A stretch of DNA of 64,000 nt, from contig OZ024743.1 of the NCBI GenBank assembly GCA_964016885.1, positions 342,364,001 to 342,428,000 on the forward strand, read 5' to 3'. Position numbers and translations under genes: made by a program. Below, in pieces: positions 25,419-40,809 of this stretch. The notes under the pieces were generated by a model. The model was not told the DNA's origin and made no database searches. It saw only the letters and a program-made list of their open reading frames with translations. The DNA is from Eledone cirrhosa (Eukaryota). The first letter of the stretch is position 1. Each line of letters begins with the position of its first letter.

Positions 25419-26348
25419 ATATATATATATATATATGGTCCCAGAACTCCTGATAGAGTCGTAGGGGCGCCGTATTGAGAATCGGCGTTTCTTGGGTATT
25501 TTAAACCTGGCTGAGTCCATCCTCTACAGGTATGACTACAGCAGATTTCTTCCGGGGAAAGATAGAAAGTGAGAAAAAGATATAGAGGAACAATTGACCT
25601 CATTACTAGACTGGTACTATTTTTATCGACCTCGAAAGGCAAAGTTGACCTCGGCGAGATTTGAACTCTGAGAGCAGAGAGCCGGAACAAATACCGTAAG
25701 GTATTCTATCCGATGTTCTAAACCTGTTACAATTAACAACCATTCACATGGTAATAATTTTTAAAAGCATATTATCATGAGTCAGAAATAAAGGATTAAT
25801 TTATCATATCAAGCAGCAAGAATATAGGCAAACAATGAAAGAACGCAGAGATCTTAAGCAAGGTTATACATAGCAAATAGATTGAAAAAGTTTTGCTTTG
25901 ATTTTTTCTTCTTTTTTTTTTTAACATCCTTAGTTATATGAAAGTATATTAAGCATTTAAAGATGGACAGAGAAAAGTAGACAAGCGAAAATCAAACGGT
26001 ACTCTGGTGTTATGTGCTAAAAGTAAGCTTACAGCTGATAAGTCGTATTATTCACACATATACGAAGGTGAAGCTGTATTTCCGACGGCATTTGTTGTTA
26101 GAACGGCATGGGGTGCAAACATTCAAAATAAAGCGATGTTATGTCGCTAAGGATAATGGATTCTCCCTTGAGAGATCTGCTAAATTTATATCCGGTATTT
26201 ATACATTAGCATAGTAAAGTACATTACTATGGGCTATTCTTCTGTTATATGGGGGTGCATGAGAGCTGTTTCAAGATACAGTGAAAATATAGAATAATAT
26301 AGTTGACATAACAATATTTAGGTTTACCTATATTAGTGCATGAATAAG

Positions 26349-26566
26349 GGCATTGGATTGGCAGTATCGGTAGAGTGTCAGACACCATGCTTTTCAGCAT
26401 AGAGTTACGGCCCTTTATCATCTGAGTTCAAATCCTGCCGAGGTTAACTTTGCCTTTCATCCTTACGGGGTCGATAAAATAAAGTACCAGTCACGCACTG
26501 AAGTCGATTTAATCGGTTTTTCCCTTCCCCAAAAATTGCTGGCCTTGCCTCTATATAAGAAACCAA
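26349..26566 (+). mobile_element. SINE family A (long variant)
   Basis: Consensus match. Confidence 0.88.
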
Positions 26567-27144
26567 TATGTATATAAGAAACTATATTAGTGCATAAATT
26601 ACACAGGTCACTTTGAGGTATCACCGAGCCAAGTACGGTATCAATAAGAACATACATTCGTATATTACATACCTTTAAAAGTACGCACGGATAGATATAT
26701 TCATATATATAAACATATATACACCTGTTCCTATGCACACACCCTCTTATGCACACACTTATGCATATACGTAGATACACAAGATAGGTTTCCACGCATA
26801 CGTGTATATAGAAATCACTCCGAATCTAGCTAACTCTCTAATATCTAGTAATAATATGAAACTAAACGAGTATAAGAATTCCACAAATAATAATAATTTA
26901 ACCAATATAAATATTTTAAGGCGCTCTGATCACCATTACGGTGATCAGGAAGATTTTCCTACAATTGTTTATCGTCCGGATTCTAATCCTATTAGTAACC
27001 TGGTAACGAACAGATACTGTAAATACAGAAACACTTTGACCTGCCCCCTTAACGGCAATTGCCATACTTCCGTGTGTTTTTAAACTTGCTTTCCTAACCT
27101 TCTCACACTACTCATACGTCTATCTGTTTTCTCCTTATCCGAAC

Positions 27145-27180
27145 TTTCCCGAGGAAGGACTTCTGTCCGAAACGTTGAAA
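27145..27180 (+). ncRNA. 36-nt minimal hammerhead with CCGAGGA core
   Basis: TTTC-CCGAGGA-A-GGAC-TTCT-GTCC-GAAA-CG-TT-GAAA. Confidence 0.75.
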
Positions 27181-27239
27181 CCTCCTCTACTTCCTCCAAG
27201 TGTGAACCTAATATTTCTCAAGAAGATTACAGTGGAGAT

Positions 27240-27560
27240 AATGGTGTTGTAGGTATTGACATCGGATTACATGACAATTATTATAATTTGTTTCGCATAC
27301 ACCTATATGTTTGTTTATTTGGGGGTTATATAATGTTAATTGTAGAACCTCCATAGTTGTTCGCTTTATTTTGCGGTAGAATTCTATATCAAATTGTAGT
27401 GCTACTGTATTTCTATCGATTTATTTGGCGTATGCTGGATGGAAATATGTTGCGATGTCTTCCTGTGAGTGCAAAGTTAACCGATGGGAAAGTGTAGTGA
27501 TTGTCTGACCGATGTAATAATTTTTGGTTAAGGATCTTTATAGAAGGTACTGTAAAAATG
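27240..27560 (-). pseudogene. Degenerate GIY-YIG remnant
   Basis: KNYYIGQTITTLSHRLTLHSQ on the minus strand; stops present. Confidence 0.55.
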
Positions 27561-28583
27561 GTCAATGCGATATAGAAGATTCAGTGACAAGCCTTAGTCA
27601 ACACGTTGAGTTGAGCTATATCTAAATCTCACCAACAGCAAACGCAACTTAAAGAGCAAGTTCAGGTGGTTTTTTAACTTTTTTCGAAAATGACAATATC
27701 AAGACATACTAGTATACCGACAAAGCAGAAATAAAATATCATAGGCCTGTTAAAATATTGCATTACAGAAATGACTATGTTGGACCCTCACCTTCGAGAA
27801 CGATCCAGTTGTTCGATCAACTGAGTTAGCGTCATATTTCTACATAGACACGTGTAGCCTTAACTTAATTCACATGTGGAATCAGCATTAATTACTGGTA
27901 CAGTCCATTTAGTGGGCTTTTTCCGTTAACCTAGTTTCAGTCTTAAGTTCAGTGTCGATTCAATGGTATGGTAAAAGAAATGCTACGAAAGAAGACAGAA
28001 CCTGTTACTTAGTGTTTACGAAGCGAATGTAACCACCTGATAATGCCAACGTCAATATGACAATATTGTATTAATAATCAACAGACCAATAGCTAATATT
28101 GAGCGGAAGCGAGTGGGATAAGCAAAGATTTATACCGTATCAGTTATTCAATTAAAGGTATTATCTCAGATAATGAGTGTCCATAATTGATTCGCTGGGA
28201 ATGATAATTGCTACTACAGTTTCCCTGGCATTTGTTTATCTTAAGCATTTTTTATGCATGATTACCTAACTATTTTTCATGAAAGAATGTAAAGGCTTCG
28301 TGTATTTCTCAAATCTGGAAAAATGAAAATAACAGTAAGAGGAACAACAACAACTAGAAGAAGAAAACCAAGGTAAAAACGTATATAAAAATGAAAAAAA
28401 AAGGAGTAAAAGACAGAGAAGATTACAATGGGGATAATGATATTGAAGGAGGTGACATCGGATTACTTATGATGAATGGCAATATCACATTTGCAATTCT
28501 AATTATAATAAGGCATTCAATTACGCCCTCTGTATTACATGTAGATTGCTATAATATACATTCATACATACACACATATATAT

Positions 28584-28623
<40 letters not shown>

Positions 28624-28757
28624 GTAGATAAATCTACCAAGAGTTTACGGTAGTGTCCAATCCGTATGAAGAACTCAATGTATTCCGGATATCATGGAAA
28701 GAAGAGATGTAATGAAAAATCACTTTCGGTGAAAGATAAACGGTATACAGAGTCAAG

Positions 28758-29180
28758 ATAAAATATTAAACAAATAATGAATAAAACAATGAAACAGTTC
28801 CTTATATTAAACAAAAAAAGTTCATTATTTAACGATCGTTTCTAGGATATATATGTGTTAGAATTGGCATGCATATTCAACAGATCTATGTACAAAATTA
28901 TACAAAATTATACAAACTATCAAGATTAAATATACATACCAAACACACATATACGCCGTCTTCAGAAATAAATATTTATTTCTGAAGACGGCGTATATGT
29001 GTGTTTGGTATGTATATTTAATCTTGATAGTTTGTATAATTTTGTATAATTTTGTACATAGATCTGTTGAATATGCATGCCAATTCTAACACATATATAT
29101 CCTAGAAACGATCGTTAAATAATGAACTTTTTTTGTTTAATATAAGGAACTGTTTCATTGTTTTATTCATTATTTGTTTA

Positions 29181-29189
<9 letters not shown>
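28758..29189. repeat. 432-bp perfect palindrome carrying two divergent hammerheads
   Basis: Centre AAAT|ATTT at 28973/28974. Plus-strand HHR 28976-29122 (TTATTT-CTGAAGA...GAAA-CGATCG-TT-AAATAA) and its mirror at 28825-28971. Confidence 0.92.
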
Positions 29190-29231
<42 letters not shown>

Positions 29232-29233
29232 GG

Positions 29234-29280
29234 CTTCTACAGAACTAGAACTGTTTCATTCAGGAGAAATCTTCAGGAAG
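29234..29280 (-). ncRNA. Type I hammerhead
   Basis: CTTC-CTGAAGA-T-TTC-TCCT-GAA-T-GAAA-CAG-TTCTAGTT-CTG-TA-GAAG. Confidence 0.8.
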
Positions 29281-29413
29281 ATACGCATGAGTGTGTGTAA
29301 GTGCGTGAGTATAAGTTGATGCATTGGTGTTTATATATATATGTACAGTTATATATATATGTACAGATGTTCCACAACATTAGGTGACTCAGAGTATAAG
29401 TATATATATATAC

Positions 29414-29489
<76 letters not shown>

Positions 29490-29564
29490 AATGAATAATT
29501 GTTTCTACTTTAGGCACAAGGCCAGCAATTACCCAGTGCATTACTGGTACTTTATTTTATCGGT

Positions 29565-29880
29565 TACAGCGTGTTAATTGGTCACAGATCAGTCCCTGAT
29601 CTCAGAGGCTCAATGTATTGAGTAGGACCCTGGCTGTGTTAGTGATGGTAGAAATTTGGGTACTGCCCATTACGTCGGGTATTCCAAAGCTTTTGATGAA
29701 AGACCTAAGACGTTTAGGGACCGTGCCTAATGCCCACATGACAATTGGCACGTCTACTGTCTCTACATGGTGATCAATTCTTATAGTGCCTGCAAGGTCT
29801 GCATACGTATTGATCTTTTCCATTTCCTTTTCAGCTACATTGTGATCTTGAGGGATCGCAATATCAATAAGAGTATATTG
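29565..29880 (-). mobile_element. 3' end of an RLE-type (R4-like) non-LTR element
   Basis: LIDIAIPQDHNVAEKEMEKINTYADL...VPIVMWALGTVP matches the restriction-like endonuclease C-terminus pattern. Confidence 0.85.
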
Positions 29881-30437
29881 GAATGGGTAAATGAATATCA
29901 GATCTTATATTGACGCTGGAAATAGCAGCCGAAACCGTCTCAATAAGCTAAACAGTGATGGAGCAGTTAATATTAATTTATCATCATTGTTGAGCTGATT
30001 TAGACGGTTTTGGTCGCTATTTCCAGCGCCAATATAAGTCTGTCGTATTGTCCTGATACATTGCGTGGGATATATTCATATAGTAATTCAGCTATGCAAC
30101 ACGCTGTTCACATGCAGTCTAGCAACGACTTGGTATGTATGATGTGTAATTCAACTTGGCTCCTTTTTCTTAAGTCAGAATTCTCCTCTCGGTGAAGGAA
30201 TTGTAATTCTTCCAATATTAGTTATGTTTAGGTATGATTGGTGTTGTTTCTTGAGTTCCAGAAACCATGTCGAGGAACTCTATATGTAAATCCGACTTAT
30301 TTTACCCGGCCTATATTATATCCCCAAAATTGAGATTTTGTCTTAAATTTAATACACACACACAGACAGACACACATACGGGTGCACACACACATACACA
30401 CACGTAAACACACACATACATACACACACACATACAT

Positions 30438-30479
<42 letters not shown>

Positions 30480-30892
30480 GATATTAATTTAACAATGAAA
30501 ATAATAACAACAAAGTCAAGTTATTTTACCTATTCATATCATTGTTTTACGATCGTTTCAGAGGGTTGATCATATTGATTTATTGACTGATCTATAGCAG
30601 TTATATACTATCAGACTTCCTATATAGTTCAATCAGACGACCACATTGAATACATATATATATATATATATATATATCTTTCTATATATATATATATATA
30701 TATCTTTCTATATATCTATATATATATATATCTATATATATATATGTATCTATATATATATATATATATATATAGAGACATAGAATATTCGAAAATATTC
30801 TGTATGTTTATAATAAACATTTTGAAGACCTAATCGCTATAGAATAGAATACGTCACGTATTACAATTAGATTCTCGATAAAAGCAAGGGAA

Positions 30893-30935
30893 GTAATCTA
30901 CGCGTTTCATTCTTGTTAGAAATCATCAGGACTAC
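30893..30935 (-). ncRNA. Type I hammerhead (also at 31203-31245 and 31513-31555)
   Basis: GTAGTC-CTGATGA-T-TTCT-AACA-AGAA-T-GAAA-CGCG-TA-GATTAC. Confidence 0.92.
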
Positions 30936-32094
30936 ATATCCAGTGCTTTTATCGAGAATGACACAGCTAGAGACTTATAGAATACTTAGCTGTGTACAGG
31001 AACTGGTTTGAAAGAGCGGTTGCCGGTCCGGCAGAAATTAGAAATTGGAATAAATGCTCTGAAATAGCGATATATATGTGAATATAGACATAGAATATTC
31101 GAAAATATTCTGTATGTTTATAATAAACATTTTGAAGACCTAATCGCTATAGAATAGAATACGTCACGTATTACAATTAGATTCTCGATAAAAGCAAGGG
31201 AAGTAATCTACGCGTTTCATTCTTGTTAGAAATCATCAGGACTACATATCCAGTGCTTTTATCGAGAATGACACAGCTAGAGACTTATAGAATACTTAGC
31301 TGTGTACAGGAACTGGTTTGAAAGAGCGGTTGCCGGTCCGGCAGAAATTAGAAATTGGAATAAATGCTCTGAAATAGCGATATATATGTGAATATAGACA
31401 TAGAATATTCGAAAATATTCTGTATGTTTATAATAAACATTTTGAAGACCTAATCGCTATAGAATAGAATACGTCACGTATTACAATTAGATTCTCGATA
31501 AAAGCAAGGGAAGTAATCTACGCGTTTCATTCTTGTTAGAAATCATCAGGACTACATATCCAGTGCTTTTATCGAGAATGACACAGCTAGAGACTTATAG
31601 AATACTTAGCTGTGTACAGGAACTGGTTTGAAAGAGCGGTTGCCGGTCCGGCAGAAATTAGAAATTGGAATAAATGCTCTGAAATAGCGATATATATGTG
31701 AATATAGACATAGAATATTCGAAAATATTCTGTATGTTTATAATAAACATTTTGAAGACCTAATCGCTATAGAATAGAATACGTCACGTATTACAATTAG
31801 ATTCTCGATAAAAGCAAGGGAAGTAATCTACGCGTTTCATTCTTGTTAGAAATCATGAATACGTGACGTATTCTATTCTATAGCGATTAGGTCTTCAAAA
31901 TGTTTATTATAAACATACAGAATATTTTCGAATATTCTATGTCTATATTCACATATATATCGCTATTTCAGAGCATTTATTCCAATTTCTAATTTCTGCC
32001 GGACCGGCAACCGCTCTTTCAAACCAGTTCCTGTACACAGCTAAGTATTCTATAAGTCTCTAGCTGTGTCATTCTCGATAAAAGCACTGGATAT

Positions 32095-32137
32095 GTAGTC
32101 CTGATGATTTCTAACAAGAATGAAACGCGTAGATTAC
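32095..32137 (+). ncRNA. Type I hammerhead in the inverted arm of the 310-bp array
   Basis: Same sequence read directly on the plus strand. Confidence 0.92.
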
Positions 32138-32290
32138 TTCCCTTGCTTTTATCGAGAATCTAATTGTAATACGTGACGTATTCTATTCTATAGCGATTAG
32201 GTCTTCAAAATGTTTATTATAAACATACAGAATATTTTCGAATATTCTATGTCTATATTCACATATATATCGCTATTTCAGAGCATTTAT

Positions 32291-32364
<74 letters not shown>

Positions 32365-32379
32365 CTATCTATCTATCTA

Positions 32380-32457
<78 letters not shown>

Positions 32458-32473
32458 CATATATATTTATTCA

Positions 32474-32664
32474 ATATAACGAAGGAGTTGTGGTAAGGAA
32501 CCAATTGGACACACCAGAGTATTCAATACTTAGGATAGTAGAGTGGGTAATAGGAAAATGTTTGACCCCGACGGCAGAGCTGAAGCGGTTTCGACGGCTA
32601 TTTCTGGACGTCTAGAAATAACCGTCGAAAGAGCTTCAGCTCTGCCGTCGGGGTCAAACATTTT

Positions 32665-32669
<5 letters not shown>
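32474..32669. mobile_element. Fold-back pLTR fragment, diverged relative of 2975-3171
   Basis: About 60-bp imperfect arms (32550-32669), same fold-back point. Confidence 0.85.
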
Positions 32670-32712
<43 letters not shown>

Positions 32713-32949
32713 GTATAGGATTATCCAAGATGTAGTAATGGTTAATTACTACACTGGATATGGTTGACGTACGGTAAGAGGTTATTCTACGAGTTATGGA
32801 AGAATTGGTGAGGAAACTTAGTTCCTGATCCTTCTGTATTCCGGAGTGTATATAAAGAATGAATAATAACAGGTAGACATCATAAAAAGGTAATTTATTC
32901 CGTGTGCTTACAAATGTTTCCACGGTGGTACTACAGCCTAGTTATGCTA

Positions 32950-33360
32950 TGTGCAAATTTACAAGTATTTGCAGAACTCAAATATCCAATGGTGTGACCA
33001 CTGTATCCTCAGAGCAGAATGGTAAAAATGGTCACAGCATTGGATATTAGGGAGGGTGTCTCGTTGCCCCATGTCAGATTCTTTCATTTTCATCCATTCG
33101 ATCATAATTTCATCCTTCAAGTTGGCAAGTTCATTCTCATTCATTTCTTTATCATTTACGATCTCAGTATTTTCATTTGGAGTTTCATCCTGAGCATGCA
33201 CTCCCTCCACTTTTTCTATCCTTTCTTTAATTTGTTCTGTTGCCAGTGATTCCGCCCCAACCCTGGGGTTCGAAGTGTTACAGTTTACCTCGTTTTCACT
33301 GACACATGTTTCATTTTCCCTTCGCTGACTTTGTGCTAATAGCTTGATCTGGTCAATTTA
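32950..33360 (-). mobile_element. Possible N-terminal fragment of an R4-like element next to (TAA)n
   Basis: Acidic/helical ORF piece 33210-32959; abuts (ATT)n/(GTT)n at 33362-33520. Confidence 0.4.
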
Positions 33361-33446
<86 letters not shown>

Positions 33447-33448
33447 AG

Positions 33449-33491
<43 letters not shown>

Positions 33492-34981
33492 ATTGTTATT
33501 GTTGTTGTTGTTGTTGCTATCATGTTTGACTGATTTTTTTATTCATTCCTTATACTTTCGTCTGATCAGCTAGCATTAACATAACTCCGTGAGCGAGTAA
33601 ATAATTCGCTGAAATAAGTTGTGACCTTATTGCATATTTTACTCATAAAACTTTATTTCCTTTGCAGATATTACTGCAAATTCTGCGAAGACAAAATAAA
33701 ATGACTTTATATGTGTTTTAGTCTGCAAGGTACGTAATGTCCATATTTCTGAATTCCCTTTACATGCATATATTTTCCTAACGTATCTCATTATGCAACA
33801 AACTCGTTTTCGTATATAATATCTCGTCCAGCTAATAAAATATCGGACATGAAAAGATGTAGTAACATATGAAAGTACATGAAATTGAATAACAATCATT
33901 CCCTGTGAACTAATAACGTGTTCGTTAGACATGCCACTGTTTTACATCTAGAGAAGTGACTATTAACATATTCTGTATAATTTCCAAAGAAGATCAGTTC
34001 GTCTTTCACTGATTATTATTCTGATATGAGAAGACATTGCCAATCGTCTATTCCGTTGTCATAGATTCGACAAGGAAAGAATGGCAGCGTCTGTGGCCTA
34101 TGCAACGTCTCCTAGTGCGTTGGGTGAGGAAATAAGAAACAACAACTTAAATGTTACTGTAGCAAGAAGCAGAGCATGGAGATATCAAGTTACCACTGAC
34201 CAAACATACAACTTCAATACTTGCACCAGACTAGTGACAACCAAAACACTCTCAAGATATGTAGAGGAACTAACCCACAAGTTGTAATATGCATAAATTC
34301 TTAGAAAAAGAAATTGAATATTAGGTATGTATAACTACGATATTCAGGAAACAATTCAAGAATTTTGCATTACGTCATTTCCGTTGCATCACTGTGACCT
34401 TTAACAAACAGCTAGACAGTTATATTACCAGAAATAAAGGTTTTAATCCATTGGCTATTAATAAAATCACATTAAAATTAGGAATTTTAATTTCATCAGT
34501 ACTTATAATGTAAGTATGAACGAATATTGCTGTGCATTGCAACAGACTTTCCAGTGTTCATCGAGTTAGATGTTTTACCCTATGATGCGAAATGGCCAAT
34601 AATGACGAGAATCTACATTATTCAGAAGCTGTGACTCCTTCATCACAGCCTCTGGAAAACATTTACCAACAGAGTGTGTGTCAGATTATTAATACAAAGA
34701 CACCAACACACACTCACACATAAGCTTATATACATACTTAGCACGTTTACCGAATCCGGACTGGTGACTTGTTAAATTTCTTTGAAGAAAAGATTTTATC
34801 GCTAAATATCAGGACGGATAAATGAATAAGGTAAAACATAACATCTTGTTCCGTCTTATTTTCTTGTTCGTCCATCCGTATTGTCGTGGCCTTCAAATTT
34901 CAGATAGTTTATAACATACACAATACTTCAACCAAACTACAACTTTTTCCTATATGCATTTTATATATATATATATATATG

Positions 34982-35029
<48 letters not shown>

Positions 35030-35032
<3 letters not shown>

Positions 35033-35417
35033 GATATTAATAAATGGAAACTATATTTATAAAACCATATTTATTTCATTATACATATTTCAGGGATACC
35101 AAATTAAATTATGGTATGCCTTCATCAGAAAAAATACAATATATAACAGTTTTACAAATAAGCTTTGACGTACCCTATTAAAATGCAACCATTGTTTTTG
35201 GAAGCCATCCGGATAGTGATTTGTTTATATTTTGTCTGATGAAGGCATACCATAATTTAATTTGGTATCCCTGAAATATGTATAATGAAATAAATATGGT
35301 TTTATAAATATAGTTTCCATTTATTAATATCGTATATCTACTCCAAATACTTGTCGAGTGCTTTATATCAGTTATAAAAATATTTACTTGTATCCCAACA
35401 ATTTTAAATAGAACTTT

Positions 35418-35420
<3 letters not shown>
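35030..35420. mobile_element. Mini inverted-pLTR element with two hammerheads (35072-35136 minus, 35228-35292 plus)
   Basis: TATTTTGT-CTGATGA-AGG-C-ATACCA[loop]TGGTAT-C-CCT-GAAA-TATGTA-TA-ATGAAATA; about 105-bp inverted arms in (TA)n. Confidence 0.88.
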
Positions 35421-37460
<2,040 letters not shown>

Positions 37461-37484
37461 CCTATCTATATCTATATCTATCTA

Positions 37485-37537
<53 letters not shown>

Positions 37538-40500
37538 TGCTGGTCATCTGATATTTCTTGTATCAGCATCAACATATAGAAAGATCAAAATATCCTGAGT
37601 TTGCATTGAAAATGGTTGTAATCCGAAATAAATCATGAATAACAAATGTCATCAAGATGCCAATAGAACCTCTAGATTATTTTGTTTTCTAATCTCTTTT
37701 ATTTTGTCTGACTCTCGGTCTCTCTATCTTCCTCTTCATATATATATATATAATCAGTAAGAATGCTATTGATAGAATTCTACCTACTCTGAAATTGAAG
37801 TCTAAATGGAGATTATCGAAGGACACTAATGAGGTGATTGACTGGTTTAAAAATATAGATAATAAGAAAAATCACAAATTCATCCAAATGGACATTGCAA
37901 GCTATTATTCTTCTATAACACCTAACCTATTGAATAAGGCTTTGTCCTATGCTTACAAACATACAGATCTAACTACGGTTGAAATCAATATCATATTAAC
38001 TGCTAGAAGAACTCTAATTAATTTCAACAATGAGTATTGGACACGTTTCGATAGGAATAGTAACTTTGACATTACCAGGGTATCATCGGACTCAGCGCAG
38101 ATCACCGATCTTCTGGGGATTTTTATCTTAAATATGGTAAATAGAAAACTGCTGGAGATTACCAGTGGTTTATATAGGGACTATATTTTATTTACGGTTG
38201 TCAAACATAGCAATACAGAATTAAATAGGTTTAAGAAAACTATAATTGAATTCTTTAAAAATTATGACCTTAAATTATAAGTTGAAAGTAGTACCAAAAT
38301 AGTTAATTTCCTTGACGTTACCGCGAAAAATGCAATAGTCAATAGTGTACAGAAACGCATAACTAGAATATCCGCTAATAAATCCATATATGATGAAACA
38401 GCAGGATATTATACTGACGCAGTACGAAAGGCAGGTTATAAAAATAATATTGAATATATAGATAATAATAATTTGAATTATAATCCTGATAAAAATAAGA
38501 CTGACATATACAAACGAGATTCTAAAAATTATAATACAAACACCAATACCGTGAATAAATTGGTGAAAAAAATCAGAACTAAATCAGGTATATGGTTTGC
38601 CCAGAGCTTCTGTTACAATAAAAACACCATGCGCAAATCAATTCTTTAAAGCTTTAGATAAATGGTTCTCCATTTAACACAAATACCGTTCCATATTTAA
38701 CAGACACACAATTTAGCTTTCTTATTCTACAACTATGAATATGGCCCAGAACATCGCAAATATAAATAGTAGAATTCTAAATCATAATCAACAAACAATT
38801 AACGATAATAAATATAATAACACTAGCAATATTAATACTAGGCGTAACAATAACATTAATCTAAGCACAATCAATAGAACACTTCAAAGTACTAATACTG
38901 CTAATGTCAATTGTCCAATTTATAGTAATAACAATAAATCGAAATGTAATTGTAGAAATAGATCAAATTGCCCTCTGCAAAATAATTGTCTGGATAGCAA
39001 TCTGGTCTATAAAAGCACCGTAAAAGCAAATAACATCACATACAACTATATTGGTGCAACTTCATCGATATTTAAATTAAGATTTTCGTATCACAAATAC
39101 TCTTTTTCGAATCCTAATAGGAAATCTTCGACTTCTTTATCACAACTTATATTGTCGTTAAAAGACAAAAATTTAAAATACTCGATTTCTTGGTCGAAGC
39201 TGTGTAATAGTCGAATATACTCGAATTGTTCAATATCACCTAACTGCAATCTCTGTACTATGGAGACCTTATTAATAATTACTAATTATGATAATTTAAT
39301 TAACAAAAAGCGTTAATTATTCTCAAATTGCCTTCATAAAGCTTCCTCTGCATCCAAGCCTCGCAAAAAGTTAGGAACAACACTAAATAAATAGGTTCTA
39401 ATTTTTGACGTCTCATATCAACTGAGTGCGTAAAATGTTATAGCAGATTATAAAACCTTATAATAATGTTTTTACTCATTTATGATATGATTAATGTTAG
39501 AGTAAGGGTTCTATATAAATATATTAACATATAGATTGTTAACATGATCTCTTTATGAATATGCATATCATTTGATTGTGTAGATACATTTAATTTGATT
39601 GGGATTCTTGTATCTTTTAAAATATATAGCTTGTATTTTTTTTAATATATTACAGTTGTAATGAACCGTAAACCATTCATGCATTTATTAATGTATTTAT
39701 TCTTTTGGAGTATGTTAGTTTTAAGATTCAGGGTGTTTGATTTATATATTTATATTTATTTATATGTATGGTATATGCGTCGTACACGATCCTAGTCGAC
39801 AAACTTTTTCCAGCTAACTTGATGTAAAACTTCAATTATAACTTTACTAACAATGATTTTATTAGTTATTTATTATATGTATATGGATCACTAATATCGT
39901 CTTGAGTTCCGAACAGAATACTCTGTATATATTTGGACAAATGTGAATATCTGGTTTAATAACATGCTTCTAGCTACATTTATAAGTACTTTAGATACTT
40001 AAGGATATTCTAGTGTTATAATTGTTAAATATTTTCTAAATTATATAACGATTACTATTGTTTTAATTAAATTAAATTCGGGTTATCTTCGGGTCGATGA
40101 AAATCTTAAGTTTTCTCTTTCTCATGTTTGCAGACACTTTAAATATGATACTATACTACTATTTAGATCCTTATAAATTTTCTTGTATTTTTAAATTATA
40201 TAGCTTAAATATTTGGCACTTATATGATCGCAAACAATTTACTTATTTATTTTGAATCTGGTTCTATTCCTTGTGATTCATGAAGTTTGATTTGTATATT
40301 TATAGTATATATGTATTACATGATCCTAATATAATTATTGATCTAAAACCTTAATTTTAACAATATTAACAGTAACTTATTTATTATATTATATTATATT
40401 ATGTTATGTATAACTGACTAATATCGTCTTGAACTTTAGACAATATACGTTTTGTATATATTTAGACAAATACATATATCTAATTTAATAATACCTTTTT

Positions 40501-40621
40501 TAAGTTTAATTAAAAGGCTTTTAGATACTTTAGGGTATTCTAATTGTTAATTTTAAATTTTTAAAGTTATAACTGTAATTATTTTCTAAATTATATAATG
40601 AGAATTATTTTAATATAAGAT

Positions 40622-40809
40622 AATTGTTTCTACTTTAGGCACAAGGCCAGCAATTACCCAGTACATTACTGGTACTTTATTTTATCGACCCCGTAAGGAT
40701 GAAAGGCAAAGTCAACCTCGGCGGGATTTGAACTCAGATGGTAAAGGGACGTAACTATGCTGGAAAGCATGGCGTCCGACCCTCTACCGATACTGCCAAT
40801 CCACCGCCC
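40622..40809 (-). mobile_element. SINE family A with TSD
   Basis: TTTAATATAAGATAAT on both sides. Confidence 0.93.

Larger units (their letters stand above)
30775..32296. mobile_element. Retrozyme-like array: about 3.5 direct 310-bp units plus about 1.4 inverted units
   Basis: Marker TAGAATATTCG recurs at 30781, 31091, 31401, 31711; inversion at ~31857; one hammerhead per unit; no ORF; (TA)n at both ends. Confidence 0.92.

Noticed and set aside
30540-30620. GAAACGATCGTA half-hammerhead on the minus strand
   Set aside because: No matching CUGANGA/stem I found; counted only as a remnant.
30775-32296. CRISPR array or plain satellite
   Set aside because: No unique spacers or cas genes; eukaryotic context; the ribozyme and inversion explain it better.
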